NCBI GenBank assembly: GCA_905331295.1
Contig: CAJNYD010000256.1
Coordinates: 62,001-126,000 of the forward strand
DNA from: Rotaria socialis
Lineage: Eukaryota
Length of the DNA: 64,000 nt
Direction of reading: 5' to 3'
Shown: in pieces, positions 14,365 to 28,340 of the stretch
Layout: each line of letters opens with the position of its first letter
Position numbering within the stretch: the stretch's first letter is position 1
Notes under the pieces: model-generated
Databases searched by the model: none
What the model saw: only the letters and a program-made list of their open reading frames with translations
Told to the model about the DNA's origin: nothing
Translations under genes and position numbers: made by a program

Positions 14365-14423
14365 TATGTTGTAGGCAAAATTGGAATTCGGGCAGCCCGA
14401 ATTCAAATTTTGCCTACAACATA
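14365..14423. repeat. 59-bp near-perfect palindrome (29-bp arms, 1-nt loop)
   Basis: TATGTTGTAGGCAAAATTGGAATTCGGGC-A-GCCCGAATTCAAATTTTGCCTACAACATA, one mismatch between arms. Confidence 0.9.
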
Positions 14424-17400
14424 CATATATACAAAGTCATGGTATAACCACGCAATAATATAGGATCATTCACTAGTTCAAATTCAGGACGAGTTGTCGC
14501 GTCTTACTTATTTTCAGTGATGTCACGAAAACCGGCTCCTTCTAATCTGGCATCGCCACAGCGATTTGAATAGTTACATCGATCTAAAAATACCAGACTC
14601 CAAAAACAAGACAATTCATTTCATGTTGATTTAAATTTAAGAAATTGTTTTCTTTTTTCTACTAGACTTCAATCAATTAATTGAAAGCACAAATGAGTTA
14701 AATAATATTTATATTACCTTCATTGTAAGGAATGGTGCGCCCAGTTTGCTTTCGGCACTTACGAATTTTGAATTCATATTTATATTATATAATGTCTATG
14801 ATAGTGAAAATCTAATAAATGTAATTTCTAGGCTGAAATAGTTAGTAGAATATTGAAATAATGTGTCATATGGATGAAACAGGAAATGAATCTGTGTGAT
14901 CAGCTGTTCAAGTATTAACTTATAAACTGTTTCTGTTTTCTTTGGACAAAAATAACATCCGATATAAAAGTCATCATACGACATATGAGTCTATATTGTG
15001 TCTAGGATGAGTAGATTCAAAGAAAAATTACAATTTTGTTTTGTCAATGGTTCGATAGAAATTTTCTTTTCATTTCGAATTACATATGAACTCATCGAAA
15101 AAACTACTCAGGAAGAAGGAAAAACATTCGCACAACAAACTTACAATTCTTAGAAGAACTTTCGAAGAAACGTTTTATAGCAGAAAGCTAAAGCAATTTT
15201 GTAACCGAGTGGAATCTATTGTGAAAACATTTTCTATTATTCAATTTTTTATCAACCGATTCAAGCAGTCTTATAGAAGTGTACATGATGCTCATTAATA
15301 TATTTTTTATAAAAATCTTTTGAAAAATTTCTAGATAAAATCATCAAGTTTATTAATGAAAAATTTCCTGTCGTCATTTCTCGGAAAAGTTCCTACATGT
15401 ATACTTGATAACAAATATATCATTTACAATGCGAAAGGATATTAAAAAAAAATAATTTCCTTTATTGCTTTAAAGAGTGTTAATCAATGGTACACAAGTT
15501 GATGTACTCTTTTTTTTATAGGTTTTTTTTATACTCTACTTTATTTATTAGGAACCTTAGGAATTTCTTATTTTGTCATAGTTGAATAGGGTGTTGATTA
15601 CTTCATCGACATATATACTTGACATCTTGTTGAAAAGTTTGATAAATTTCGAGCAGCACTCAACACAGATATCTTTACCGAGCGATTTTCTCGATAACTG
15701 ACACATGTTGAATAAATGATCGATTTCATATTATTAATTTCATTATTTGTGCTTCTCTAGCAAAGTATATTTCTTATCATTACAACAATTTTCTTGTTTT
15801 TGTTGGAATTTTTTAATTTACTATAGACTGTTTTTTTTTCTCAAGAAAACTATTATTATTTATATATTCACATTGATGTTTTCTTTGATACATCAAGAAA
15901 AGTAGCATAAAGTCGATGTCATATTAATATCAAAGCAGTCATTATTTTGAACTGCATGATTCAGCTTTCTACTTCATTTAACATCTGCATTATTTTTCTA
16001 GTTTGATAAATCTCTGTCATAATAAGAAATCTCCGGGATTTTTATCGTAATGCATGAAACTGGGTACGTTCGTCAATAGTAACTTAGTCAAGCCTTTTAC
16101 AAAGATTGTACTATTATCTTGTTATTTTGCTAAAATGAAAGGAATCATTTTCCTGACTGACATCCTTCCTTCTGACACCATTAGACTGATGAATGTTGAA
16201 GAAAAGTTAATTATATCTGATTTGAAACACGAGAACATTTTAAATGAATGAATAAAAATTTCTTTCGTGAAACAAAAGAGATATACACGAATCTAATTCT
16301 TTTTGCTATTATATTTGAATTACATATTATATATATATATATATATGTTAGCGTTGACTTTAAAATATTTCTGAATAGCTGGAAAGAAAACAAAGAAATA
16401 TTTCGATCTGTTTTAAAGTCAACTGAATTTTAGAGTCAACTTCGACATATATATATATCATAGGATTTTATTCAATGAAAAGCTTTAAGTAGAACTCACG
16501 ATAGTCCTAAAGTTAATAATATTTATTACCCTAGAGAAATTCTTTTTCTATTAAAAAAGTTGTTATTATCAAGCATTGATGTTCAATTATGTACGAAGAT
16601 CTTTAAACTGTAATACATTATTTTTATCTGGATTATATCATAACCTTCAATCTTTTATATTAAAAAAATAACAAGACCATATTTGTCATAAAATCGTACT
16701 GTTTATTCTTACATCGTTTGTGTAGTTAGTAAAACAGCAATCGCATATACCAAATATTTATTTTTGACGAATGACTAACATATGAAGTTATTGTTGTCAT
16801 AAATTAATACTCATTTAAATAAACTTATTCTTAGGTTTATGAAAACATAATCAAGGAAAAATAGAATATATTATTGTTCAGTAATTATAACAATTAAACA
16901 TATAATTATTATTGTTGACTACATTCACAAATAAACGCGAATAAAGTAGCTATATAATTAATTGCACATGCTATAACTATTTTTGTATTAGAAAAAGAAA
17001 ATAATTGTTCTCTATTAATTTACCTGATCATTGAGAAAATATTTCTTGTTTAATTTCTTATTCATTCTTGAGATTTGTTTTTCAAAGTAAAGATTGATCA
17101 ATAATCTTGTTGAGTTTTCGATAAGACTTTCATATTAAATGACCGTTCATTGGAATCAGAATAGTTGAGTTTTTTTAATCGCCGCTGGTGTTAATCGGAA
17201 AATAGAAATATACTTGTATCTACTTGCAGTGTCAATGTGACAATCGGTATAAAATATTGTTCATTCGGAGATAGTAGAACAACCAACCAACCCTCGATTC
17301 TCTTATGCTAAGTAAAAGACGTTAGAAGAGTCTTTTCTTTAAAAAGAATGTGAACACATAGCGATGAGGCCGATAATTCGTTTTTTTTTCCGAGTAGATG

Positions 17401-17671
17401 ATTTTTCTCTCCTTTCTCTTTTCTTCTGTTCTATTATTGACGATGAATGACAATGATTGTTATCGGAAGAAAGACCTCATCATCATAGTCACGTACATAA
17501 ACAACAAGATATATCATATTTCTTGTCTTCTGCCAATCGTTTTCTATATCCATTCATGGTCGTATCTATAACACTTTGCTTACGGTCGTTTAGCACTCAG
17601 ACGATCGCATGAATTCCTATGAATTATACTTCCTATTGATAAAGCGCCTCATTTGTCTAATATACCTATTA

Positions 17672-17675
<4 letters not shown>

Positions 17676-17739
<64 letters not shown>
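17676..17739. repeat. Compound (TA)n(GA)n microsatellite
   Basis: Directly visible. Similar tracts occur near 12890-12926, 24525-24555, 48058-48084 and 58978-59017. Confidence 0.95.
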
Positions 17740-20026
17740 TAGTGAAAAAAGGGCGAAGCTACAATTCACTAGGAGCATCCATGCGTATAAAGCCTATAAG
17801 CCTTCGAGCATGTTTCTATGTTACACTAGAACGACAACATATTAAGAAAATCGAAGAAAATTCTTTGCATATCATATATCACTAATAGTATAAATAGGGT
17901 GTATTGATTTTTTTTTATCATATATTTGCATATTCAAATGTATGATTACTTTTATTTTTATTATGATGAATTTACCATAATCATTTTGTTAGAATATGTA
18001 GAAATTTTTTCATAAAATCTTTATTCTATCAATACGGATGATATTGTATCAAATATCAATAGGGTGTAAGTAGGCATGCAGAGATATAGAACAAAAACAA
18101 TTCGAAACACTGTTCGAAAAAGATACCTCAAACAATTTCTGTCGTGAATCAGATGTAATTTTATTTGTAAATGTAAACTCTTGGAATGTATTGAGAAAGA
18201 ATAAATTTACTTTCGAGTGGAATATGAGATTATCATCATTGTTCCACTAAAATAACAATGAAAATTCATCATAAAACATCAAGCATTTGTTTTTTCCCAT
18301 GGTACCTCATAATTTAATTGGTTGATTAATAAAAAATTTCCTTACACTTAGCAGTAGAAAAAATAAATCCTGTGTAGCAAACCGGTGATTGCATACGATA
18401 CATACACATCCTCACCATCATTCTGTGACATTTCAGATTGAATTATGTATGTGTATCTGACAGTGTGGGTGATGTAGAAGAACCTAGTAAACTATATTCT
18501 TTTCACTAATCAAATTTTGTTGTTTTCAAAAACAGATTTTTCTTATTATGCGATTTTTTATGTTAGACATGTTTCTGAAAAATGAATAGAGAATTTCCAT
18601 GGGAACATTAAAACCAAATATCTTATGCTTTTCTGTACTGAATTGTAGGTCTTCATTTAGTATTGGCGAATATCGTTAATATTGAACAACCTGTAAGTTG
18701 AGTATTACTTTCTAATCACTTATCTAATTTATTTCAAGTTTTATTCAATCGATATATAGTGTCTATGATTCTAGAATTTAAGAACAGAATAATGATTTTT
18801 TATAGAAACATAAATTTTCTCATAGAAATGTTACACACATCCTTAGTGATTAATTTTTCGATCAAGTTGTCTGGTCAACCTCCTAAAATTGTTACAATGA
18901 ATAAACTGCCTTCAGATGTTGATGTTACAAAGTTGAATTTTAAGTAAATAACAATTAATTGATAAAACTTGCCTCAATTATAAGAAAAAGCAATCTTCTC
19001 AACTGAAAAAGTTTTAGCTTAAATTTCATCCACTTTCAACTTTTTTAATCTTTTAATTAAACTTATCGCAGATTTTCTATTTCCTAAACAGAAACCATGG
19101 ATAACCAGTAAAACTAACAGTAAATGATTGTTGTCTTAAACTAACCACTTGCGTGGTGTTCTCAGAAGAATTTTAACTTTATATAAATGAATCGCGTGGT
19201 GTCCATTATTAGTCTATTGATAATACTAATGATTAAGTCAATAGTCGAAATTCCATACGATATTTAAGTAAAGAACTTATTCCTAACATTGATTGATTTT
19301 CCAAGAAAATTATTTATCATCTTCTCATTATAAATTAATATAGTAAAAATAAGAACACTTCTATGTTTCTATATAGATTAATATCTTTGTGATACAACTA
19401 ATATGCGCCGTTGATTTGAAAAATAAACCGATCTGAAACAAAGTTTTTCAGTCTAATTATTACAGTTCTTCGTATATAATTACTGCGCATAAGATCAAGT
19501 GTAATATACAAAAATTTTGTCAGCACACTATCGAGCAAGCGATCAAATGCAAACAGTCGTTTGTGACGTAGTTTTGTCTGCGAGCACCAATTCTTATGTG
19601 AATCAATATTATTATTAATTTGAAATTAAATTTTACTGAAAAATAAAATAGATCTCTGCTTACCTGAATCTGTAAGCACAGATTAGCAATATCAATCCAA
19701 AACAAAAACAACCTCAAGAAAATATTTCTAGTGATCTTTTTTTCAATATATAAGACGAAAAACTTTGAATAAATACAATTAAAATGCTACAAACATAAAC
19801 TTACAATAAATAAAAAGCTCAAAGAAGAAAACACTATGCAGTACGTAATTTATATGCATTTTACAAACAACATGAATATGTAAAATCTGATTAATATGAA
19901 TAAATACACGAGAGAGAAAGAGAGCGAGATCACCGTACCATCTATTCACCGACACAAAATAAACAAAACAAAGAAAATATAATTCATTCAAATCTCACTC
20001 ATTACATAAATATTAGTTTTTAATTT

Positions 20027-23000
20027 TTATTGTTTATCATCAAGTTCTCCTTCGTCAGAATTAACCGTTTCCAAAATACTTACTGTATGTGAAAGATATC
20101 TTTCACTTGATGAGCGTGTTGTATGATGACCAGAATCACTTTGTATTCGTTTTCGTGCACGTGGTGTTACTAATGATGTTTGACGAGATAATTGTGATGT
20201 AGTTCTTTTTGGATAATATAATTTTGCATCAGATACCATACGAACAAACATTGGACGTGCTCGTTTATCTTTCAGTAAACTTGTTGTTGGTTTTTCAAAT
20301 GTTACACGATGTTGTGGTGTTATTGTTGTTATTGTATTTGCCTAAAATTGATTAGTTATTTTTATTTATATAATATCAAAAGAAATAATTTAAATATTTT
20401 TACTCGAACTTTTGTCGTGGGATAAATTGTTGGAGTTGCTGTTACTTCCGGCAATGCCGGAGCATTAGCTGGCTCATCTGATACAGTTTCATCGTGCTCA
20501 TTATTATTAATAGTAGCTGTTGGTTTTGTAGCTAAATCAAGTGAATCATTTGATGATGATTGTCGTCCGCTACGTTGAGCACGATATTCAACAAGGACAT
20601 CATCAGCATGTTCTTGAATTGTATTGAATGCTATATGCATATCATCATCATTAGCATATTTAGCACAAACAGCAAAACGAATTATATAGATATCATTAAC
20701 CATTGATGGAACCATATGAATCAGACCCGAATCATTCAGAGATAAAAGCAATTTTTGGCTCAATTTATTACTGCCCTAGAAAATAGTATCATTCAATATG
20801 AATACGGATGTTAAATTTTAATTTCAGATATGGTACAATGTAATATGTTTTATTGAATAAATATTCTCTTGTTTTGTTTTCATTTTTAGAGTCCGGATAA
20901 TCACAATTCTAAGATAATCTCCCGCAGCAGTGCCTATCTCACACTAAACTTATATGGCAGTTAAAAAATAGAGATTGCTTTAACAAGACATCATCGAATG
21001 ACAAGGCAACGATTAAAGATTATCTATCGAATCAATGGAATGCATTTACAAAAAGTATACCACAGTAATTTCGTCGTGGATAACTGTTTTGATTGTAGTT
21101 TGGCAAAGTAGTTTATTCGAATACTTTTTCATCATTGTTTTATCGACTGTTATTTATGTGACTGTTCTCATTCATATTTAAGGAAATAGAATTATCTGTC
21201 AAATTTTGGGAATAGATAAGTGAATACAGAAAATTTTACTTGATCTTAAAAAGTATTATTAGATGGTTAGTTCTGAAAACAGCAACCCCATTCGTACAGA
21301 TCCTACATTTGAATACCTTCAAAATCAACTCGACAGTGAAATTCTGTGGCTGATTGAAACATTTGTTTCTGATTCTCTACTCGCACTGATCTATTCAAGA
21401 CGAAAAGCTTTTCACCAATGAAATACTAAGATACATAATATTTGAAACAATTGAATTACCTTTAAACGGAAACAAACAAGACCTAATGTAACATCGCCAA
21501 TGATTTCGAAACGGCTATCTGCGCTTATTAATAATGCGAACACTTTTGCTAAACGGCAATGCTAAAAACCAAAAATCATTACAAAAAAAAACACAATCTT
21601 CAATTGACAATATGAACTACTTCTCGAATATAATAACGAAGACCATCGATACCATAGCTGCGAATAGTAAACCAAAGTTTGAGTGAACGAAATCGACGAC
21701 TTAACGCAACACCCCAATGCTGTGTGAAATAATAAAGCATTACAAAACGTTTCTTATGATGTGATTGACTTACACGATAATCAACTGCTTTTTGTGCATG
21801 CTTATGTTGAAGATAAAGTGGATCAACAGACATAGCGTTGATCAACGCAAATTTATCTCGAACCCTAAAATCAGAAGAATTTTCTCTAACAATACCAAAA
21901 GCTGATCTTCTTTTAATTTACCAAAAGCACGAACAATCGAAATTTATCAATAGCCATTTATTTGGATTTGTATTGAATGAATCGGCATACTAACAAATAA
22001 AAATCATATGTAACAAATTTCTCTCTCAATTCAGGCAAATTTTCTATTTCTTACATGTAAACCTTTCATTATATAACGATATTCTTCACAAATAAGAGCA
22101 CTACCAGCATAGGCACCATCAACATGAAACCAAAGTGTTTCGCGTCGGCATATTTCACCAATTTCCTCTAAGTTATCATATGAACAACAAGATGTTGTTC
22201 CTAATGTACCCGAAACCTAATAAAAAAATTAACAATTTCAATCTGAAATCATACAGATATCAATCACAAACCAAAAATGGTATTAATCCTTTTTCTTTGT
22301 CAGCTCGAATACATTCTTCTAATGTTTTACCGCGTAATGAAAAATGTTCATCGACAGCTAACTGTCGAACGCGAACCATTGCAATTAAGCCTGCTTTTTC
22401 TACACACGAATGTGCCTAAAAAAGAAACCAAAACCAATCTCTTCTTTTCATTTGATATAAAATCTTTTTTTTAAACCTACAAGTTTCGATGTATAACAAA
22501 CAAGTCGAGCTAAAATTTGGCCATCTTCCATTAATGGATCGACTAGGCGCTTACTTGTTATTTTCTTCGTACGTGCTGCCAACATCGCAACCAAAATGCA
22601 TTCACTTGCCGAACCCTATCCGAGAAACAAAAAACAAAGGATCATTTTCATATTATCGTATTCAATTGATTAATTATTTTCCAAGTGTTAAGTGAAACGA
22701 ATGGAATTACATGTCTTGCTATAAACTAGTTTTAGATTCTGATACCAGATGATGACGATAGATAATTTCTTCGAATCAATTTTTTATTTCATAAAAGACT
22801 ATTGAAGATAAACTCAAGAATAGATCACTAGAAATAATAGATCAAAAATATCTAAACCTACTACACTTGAATCTAGTATAGTGACGAGAAAAACAACTGA
22901 AAATATGAAAGAGCATCTTTCTAAATCGAATCACGACGATCTAATAATATTTCGATATAAGTATTAAAAAAATAAAATATTTCTTACAAGAAGAACACCA

Positions 23001-24382
23001 CCACCAATATGTCGACTTCGTTTTGATGCACGATGAGTCTCTCCATTCATCACCGAATCATGTGAATTGTTTTCTTTTATTTCTACATCACTTTCAGAAC
23101 ATGATTCCTCCTCATCGTCATCATCATCATCATCACTATCTCTATTATCACGAACTGGATCGAATGGAAGAAAATCAACAGGTAATGCCATCATACGACC
23201 TAATCAAAACAAACAAGATATAGAAAATTTTCATATTAATTTTCATTTTTTTAAATACCTATCCAATCAAGCATGATAGTTTCAAGTTCAGTACATGCTG
23301 GACTTGCTGCCCAAGAAAATCCAACAATACCAAGACCAGCTGAAAGCATTTCACCAAGTATTGATGGATAACTATTTCCAGCTGGAAAATAAGCATGAAA
23401 ACGTGGATGTTGCCAATGTGTTATACCAGGCATGATAGCTCGTTCAACGTCTGCCATTATATTATCCCATGTTTCGCTTTTTTCAGGTGCATTTTTTGGT
23501 AACATCGGACGTAAATAACCCGGCTCAACTTCAGGTGTAACGCGACGTTCGCTAATAGAATTTTAGCAAAAAAAAGAACAATGAATTTTTGTTGATCTAA
23601 GAATTTGTTTGCTTGTTACCTGGTATGCTTCAGATAATCAGCTATATAATCAATCATTTCTTTTCCTCGTCGACGAAACTCTTCATCGTCCATGCCCGGT
23701 ACAGATACGGCTGGTTCATGATGCAATGGAGCTGACTTTCGTTCAAGTTCAGGTTGTAGAACATTGCTATGATCTTCAGTTTTACTATTTAAAAGAAAAA
23801 GAGTAGAATAAAAAATAGTAGTGAGAGGAGAAAAATAAATAACAAATAACCATTTTCTAATAAAACATCGTCTCTGTATGGGAAATTGATGTCGCCGATT
23901 ATCATGAGATGATATAGACAGTGATACGTGTGTAACTTCAAGCATAGTGTTTATTTTGGTATCTGTTACAAAGGAAATGATTTTTCTTCTTCTAATCAAT
24001 AACAGATTTTTACCCATCTGCAAACGATTCGTTTTCTCATTATTTTAATTCTAGTACAGAAATATATAAAATCTTACTTTTGGTGTTTGGATAAATCATT
24101 TGGAATTAGATTTCGATTCTCATTTGTTTTAATTGATATTTGACGAGAGACTCGAGAGGAAACGCGACGTTGGCCAATTGATGGACTTGTTGTTGTTATT
24201 GCTGCTGCTGCTGCTGATGATGATGATGATGGTGGTGGTGATGGAACTAGTCGATCGAAAAATTTCGATAGTGGTAATGATGAACCCAATTCAGGTATAG
24301 ATGATTGATTTGATGATGTTGATGGATTTGAATGAAGTAAGTTAGTTAATTTATTATATAATGTTGCAAAACTTTTATCCAT
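20027..24382 (-). CDS. tdc: Tyrosine decarboxylase (group II PLP-dependent aromatic amino acid decarboxylase), multi-exon
   Basis: [78 protein letters not shown]-lysine motif [11 protein letters not shown] (NPNK is TDC-type, DDC has NPHK), [17 protein letters not shown], and C-terminal [15 protein letters not shown] as in invertebrate TDCs. Confidence 0.92.
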
Positions 24383-25222
24383 GTTAGGATATATGTTGAT
24401 AAAAACGAATGAATCAGTATAATGTTGATTGGATTTCTTCGCTGATGACGTTTTTTCTTTTTTCTTTGTCGTTCATCAAATATCCTGACTGAGCAAGAAG
24501 CAACTCAAGTTATTTTTCTCACTCTCACTCTCTCTCTCTCTCTCTCTATCTCTATCATCGTATGCTTGCCTACATACTTGAACATTTCTTTCTTATGACA
24601 ACAATAAAAATGATGGCTGATTATAAAAATGAAGAAATCAGAGAATAAAAAAACGCTTAAAATTCTTGCTATTCTCAGTTCTGCTCTTTTTGTTGTTTCA
24701 CAATAATATAACTACAGAGAAAAGAATATTATGATTTGAAATAAAACGTCAAGTGAATGTTTGATGATTATATCAGCTAGAACTAACTATTTGTTGTTTC
24801 TAATCAAGATATACAATAATGAACTTAGTTTCTCTTTCATAAATTAAGGGTCCGGTAAACGACATAGTTACGAGCAAACAGACAACTTCTATAAAGCATA
24901 CACGTTGGATAATATTGGATCGGAAGCACTTCTTTATTTGCCTAATAACTTTCACGTCCACTCTATATCAAAGATGTTCAACTTGCTTTTATATATGTGT
25001 ACGTCTTTCATTTAATTGGTTCTTAAACGAACAACTTCCTGTATATGTGTGTTTGCTAATACGGAAATAACTTGTTCAATCGATAAAAAAAATGACATGA
25101 AAAAAAACAATGCCCATCAAATCGAATTCTTTATCGATTTATTTAGAAACAAAAAAAAAGAAATCAGATAAGAAACAACGTATTATTCTATATAAACATG
25201 TAAAAAATGTCGGGACATTTCA

Positions 25223-25909
25223 TTAAGGTTTAAATAGACTAAATGAATGTAATTTACGTTTTTGTCGAGCAAATGCATACATGAGTTCAAAAACAGATGA
25301 AGGTGAAAATAATGTTTTCGTTTCATCGTTTGAAATTGATTCGATTGATTTGTTATCCTCAACCGTTGCTACCAGTGGAAAAATATTTTCTTCTGTTTGT
25401 GGTAACAGTCTTCAAAAGAAAAACAAAAATATGCTCACGCTTAGTTAAAATTATAGATGAAAAGTAAAGTATTTACTTGAAAATTTTATTATCTAAAAAC
25501 TGTTTTGGATCATTGGCATCTGTTCTTTTTGAATCATCTTTAATATCTGAAAAGATTTTTGCATTGTAAAGTGACTGAAGCATTGTAATCGCTTGTGTTC
25601 TAATATTAAATTGAAACTGAATTTTATTTTAGTAAAAGTATTTCTTTACCGTGTAACCAACGAACTACTGGAACCCGACGATTGTTGTTGTAAAACATTA
25701 ACCATACATGCAATGGCATCTGATGATGAAAAACAATTTTGATATGTTTTGAAAAAATGACGTTTTTTTTTCAATTTTATGGATGAACGAAAATTTTGAA
25801 CAAGACTATTCCACTAAAATATAAAACGAAAATCGTTAAGTAAAATAGAGAAAATGAACTTTACCATTCTTGTTGCTCGAAATTGTGGTGCTTTGGGTTT
25901 TTCGTACAT
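25223..25909 (-). CDS. Small DEP-domain protein (DEPDC1/4/7-like N-terminal DEP domain only), 4 exons, ~170 aa
   Basis: Manual splice: MYEKPKAPQFRATRM | WNSLVQNFRSSIKLKKKRHFFKTYQNCFSSSDAIACMVNVL...VTR | TQAITMLQSLYNAKIFSDIK...FLDNKIFK | LLPQTEE...SLFKP*. FRATxxWN...R..FKxYxNCF resembles the DEPDC1-family DEP domain. All introns are GT-AG and phases are consistent. Confidence 0.85.
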
Positions 25910-26045
25910 AATTAGTGAAGTTTAAATGATTGTATGATCTACTGACTGATGAAATAAGAGACGCTTGTTTTTCAATGGTTATTTCTAAGTGCACTGTTTC
26001 AATATTTTTTTTAAACTGGGTCAAATATTAAGATTTATATATATT

Positions 26046-28340
26046 TAGACTCAGTATAAAATGAGGAACAATATGTGATTAATATTTTTCTGGCGCTTCA
26101 TAGAAATTTAATAGGTGACGCTAGCTGATTTTTTTCATGATAGAGGGTTGCTATGGAAATGATATAGAATCTTTGAAATATGGATAGATCTCAATTGACA
26201 TATGACAACAGACGATATATTAGTATTTTGTCGAGCTTGTTTCCAGTGTTGTTGACTGTTTTACAATTACAATGTGCAGTTTATGTTATCGCAATGATTT
26301 TATTTGCAATCGTAGACAAATAAAAGTACAATACGAAATATAGAGCATATGAAGAAAAAAATAATTTTATACGAAAAAAGTAAAAAATAATTTTATAAAA
26401 AATAAAATCGTAAAAAACATATGAATCAAGAAAATAATTGTTTTAATCAGCCAAATGTAGTAAGATCATCAGATGAGTCAAAATTCTAAAATAGTGTATA
26501 AGAAAGAAGTAAATGAAGAAATAATTAGTCTATTTTTCTCTGTATATCGTACCTGTCTTAGATCTGAAGAATGTGAAGACGCATCTTCATCAGAGTCATA
26601 CCATATGACGTCAGAGTTGGTGATCTCATTGGATTTGCAAAAAATAATCATGATCGTGGAAGATGTTATTTGTTTTAGTTGATTCGATTGATGTCTAAAA
26701 GTTAGATTGAGATAAGTGTATTAAATTGCTTTTTTGAGCTTACTATTTCAGCATGTTTTGGTAACAAAGCATTGGAAATTGAAGAGCGATTTGAACATTT
26801 CGTGGGATCACACGAGCACTATATTGTACATGGTTGTGAATATTTACCAGATTTACAATTCTAGTATCACCCGTACATTTGCCAGACTTATAGTAAGAAA
26901 TACTCTTCGAAATTAAAAATTTCTAAAAAGTGTCATTCCCATGGAAACAAAAATTATCTTTTGGTAAAGGCATTTTTATCGTTCATTTTATTCTGATTTC
27001 ATTGTTGATCTTTTCGAAACCGTATGGTTCATGATCAGGATAAGGAAGATTGTCAATATGTGCACTTCTCCACATTTGATATTGTCTACTCGCTCTACGA
27101 CAATGATGGAACAAGGCAACAGCTGATGGGGAAAGTATGAGAACAATAGATTTGTTTCCTTTCTGGAGTGCATTAAGTGCCATAGATGTCATAATACTGT
27201 TACACTGGGTATCGTGATTTCGAAGTCATAATACCCATCGAATTATTTTTGGGGTATTATCCCTACGGTATCCACTTTTATATAACTGTATGTTTTAAGT
27301 TGAGGAATTCGAAGCAGATGCCTAATTTCACATAGAATATAAACGAGATTTTCGAAGAATCCATTGATGACCTTGAGCCTGCTACAAGCATACATATAGT
27401 ATGACATGATGTTGCTTCCAAGAAGCTACTCGCTCAATACTGCTTCCAGTGATGATTGATGTTCAGAATGATGAACTGTTTGCATATTATTACTAATTGG
27501 ATTTAAGCAAGACGTATTATTAGTCGATACTTCTTTCACTTGACTCTGATAATGATACCATCCATACAAGCTGTTGTAGAATGTTTCATGCACCGATGTG
27601 CCAAGCAACGGAACAGATAAATCGGAAGCATATCTAGATTGATAGGAAGATATTAATAGTTTTTCAACGGCTACTGTTGTAATAACTTTGAACTTATTCC
27701 GAGTTACTTTTGAACTACTTCCGCATATCGAGCATACTCGTTCTCTAGCTTTTGGCATGCCCAGGTCGAACATTCCGGTCATCTGGTCCCGTAGGATACT
27801 CCAGGGCATATGCGGGAAAGTCACCATATTTTGCAGGAAAACACGGGAACTCGCTGGAACACGGAAGCAGTATTCCAGTCAAACATACGGCCGGACTTTT
27901 CCGGAGAATTCCTACCAAGTTCCGGTGCTTTCCGGCAGGAATAGGTCGAAAATCACCGGAACCGGCCGTTTCCAAGCCGGACTGTTCGACCTGGGTGACT
28001 GAATTACACAGAAATCTGACATACAAACTCTACAGTCAAGAGCTAATATCAACATCGAAATGCGTTTATGAGCATCGAAAACAACGCACACTGGTACCTA
28101 ATAATATCGTGTAATAATTATTTATTAAACGGCTAAAATGTATGTAAATACAGAGCTGTTGGGAATAAAACTGCTTCGTTAATCGGTCTGCTTGCTCATA
28201 TTGCTTAGCCGCTTAATGGTAAAAGAACCAATGAAACAAATAACATCTATGATGTTGTCAGTGTATAATATGAACAGACCGCATAAAGTGAAAAGCGCCA
28301 GGACGCAAATATTCTACAAAAATATTTCAAACTATGCCTA
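26046..28340 (-). mobile_element. Internally deleted, decayed Academ (AcademX-like) DNA transposon
   Basis: Termini TAG...CTA with degenerate TIR (TAGACTCAGTATAAAAT vs TAGGCATAGTTTGAAAT) and exact 3-bp TSD ATT (26043-26045 / 28341-28343). Minus-strand remnants: MPKARERVCSICG..., ALFHHCRRASRQYQMWRSAH...P.PYGFEK, and a Cys-rich tail (KCTG...PCTI*CSCDPTKCSNR), matching the XPG-end/Cys8 C-terminus of Academ transposases. Confidence 0.7.
27760..27995. mobile_element. CCC...GGG MITE (236 bp; probable CMC/EnSpm-type) nested in the Academ-like element
   Basis: TIR CCCAGGTCGAACA / TGTTCGACCTGGG, 2-bp TSD TG/TG, GC-rich interior with many TTCCGG/CCGGAA repeats. Confidence 0.85.

Noticed and set aside
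23023..23276. Poly-His and poly-Ser ORFs on the + strand
   Set aside because: They are antisense shadows of the tdc poly-Asp exon.
27688..28114. Overlapping ORFs of 93-120 aa on both strands
   Set aside because: They arise from the GC-rich, stop-poor MITE at 27760-27995 and are not credible genes.
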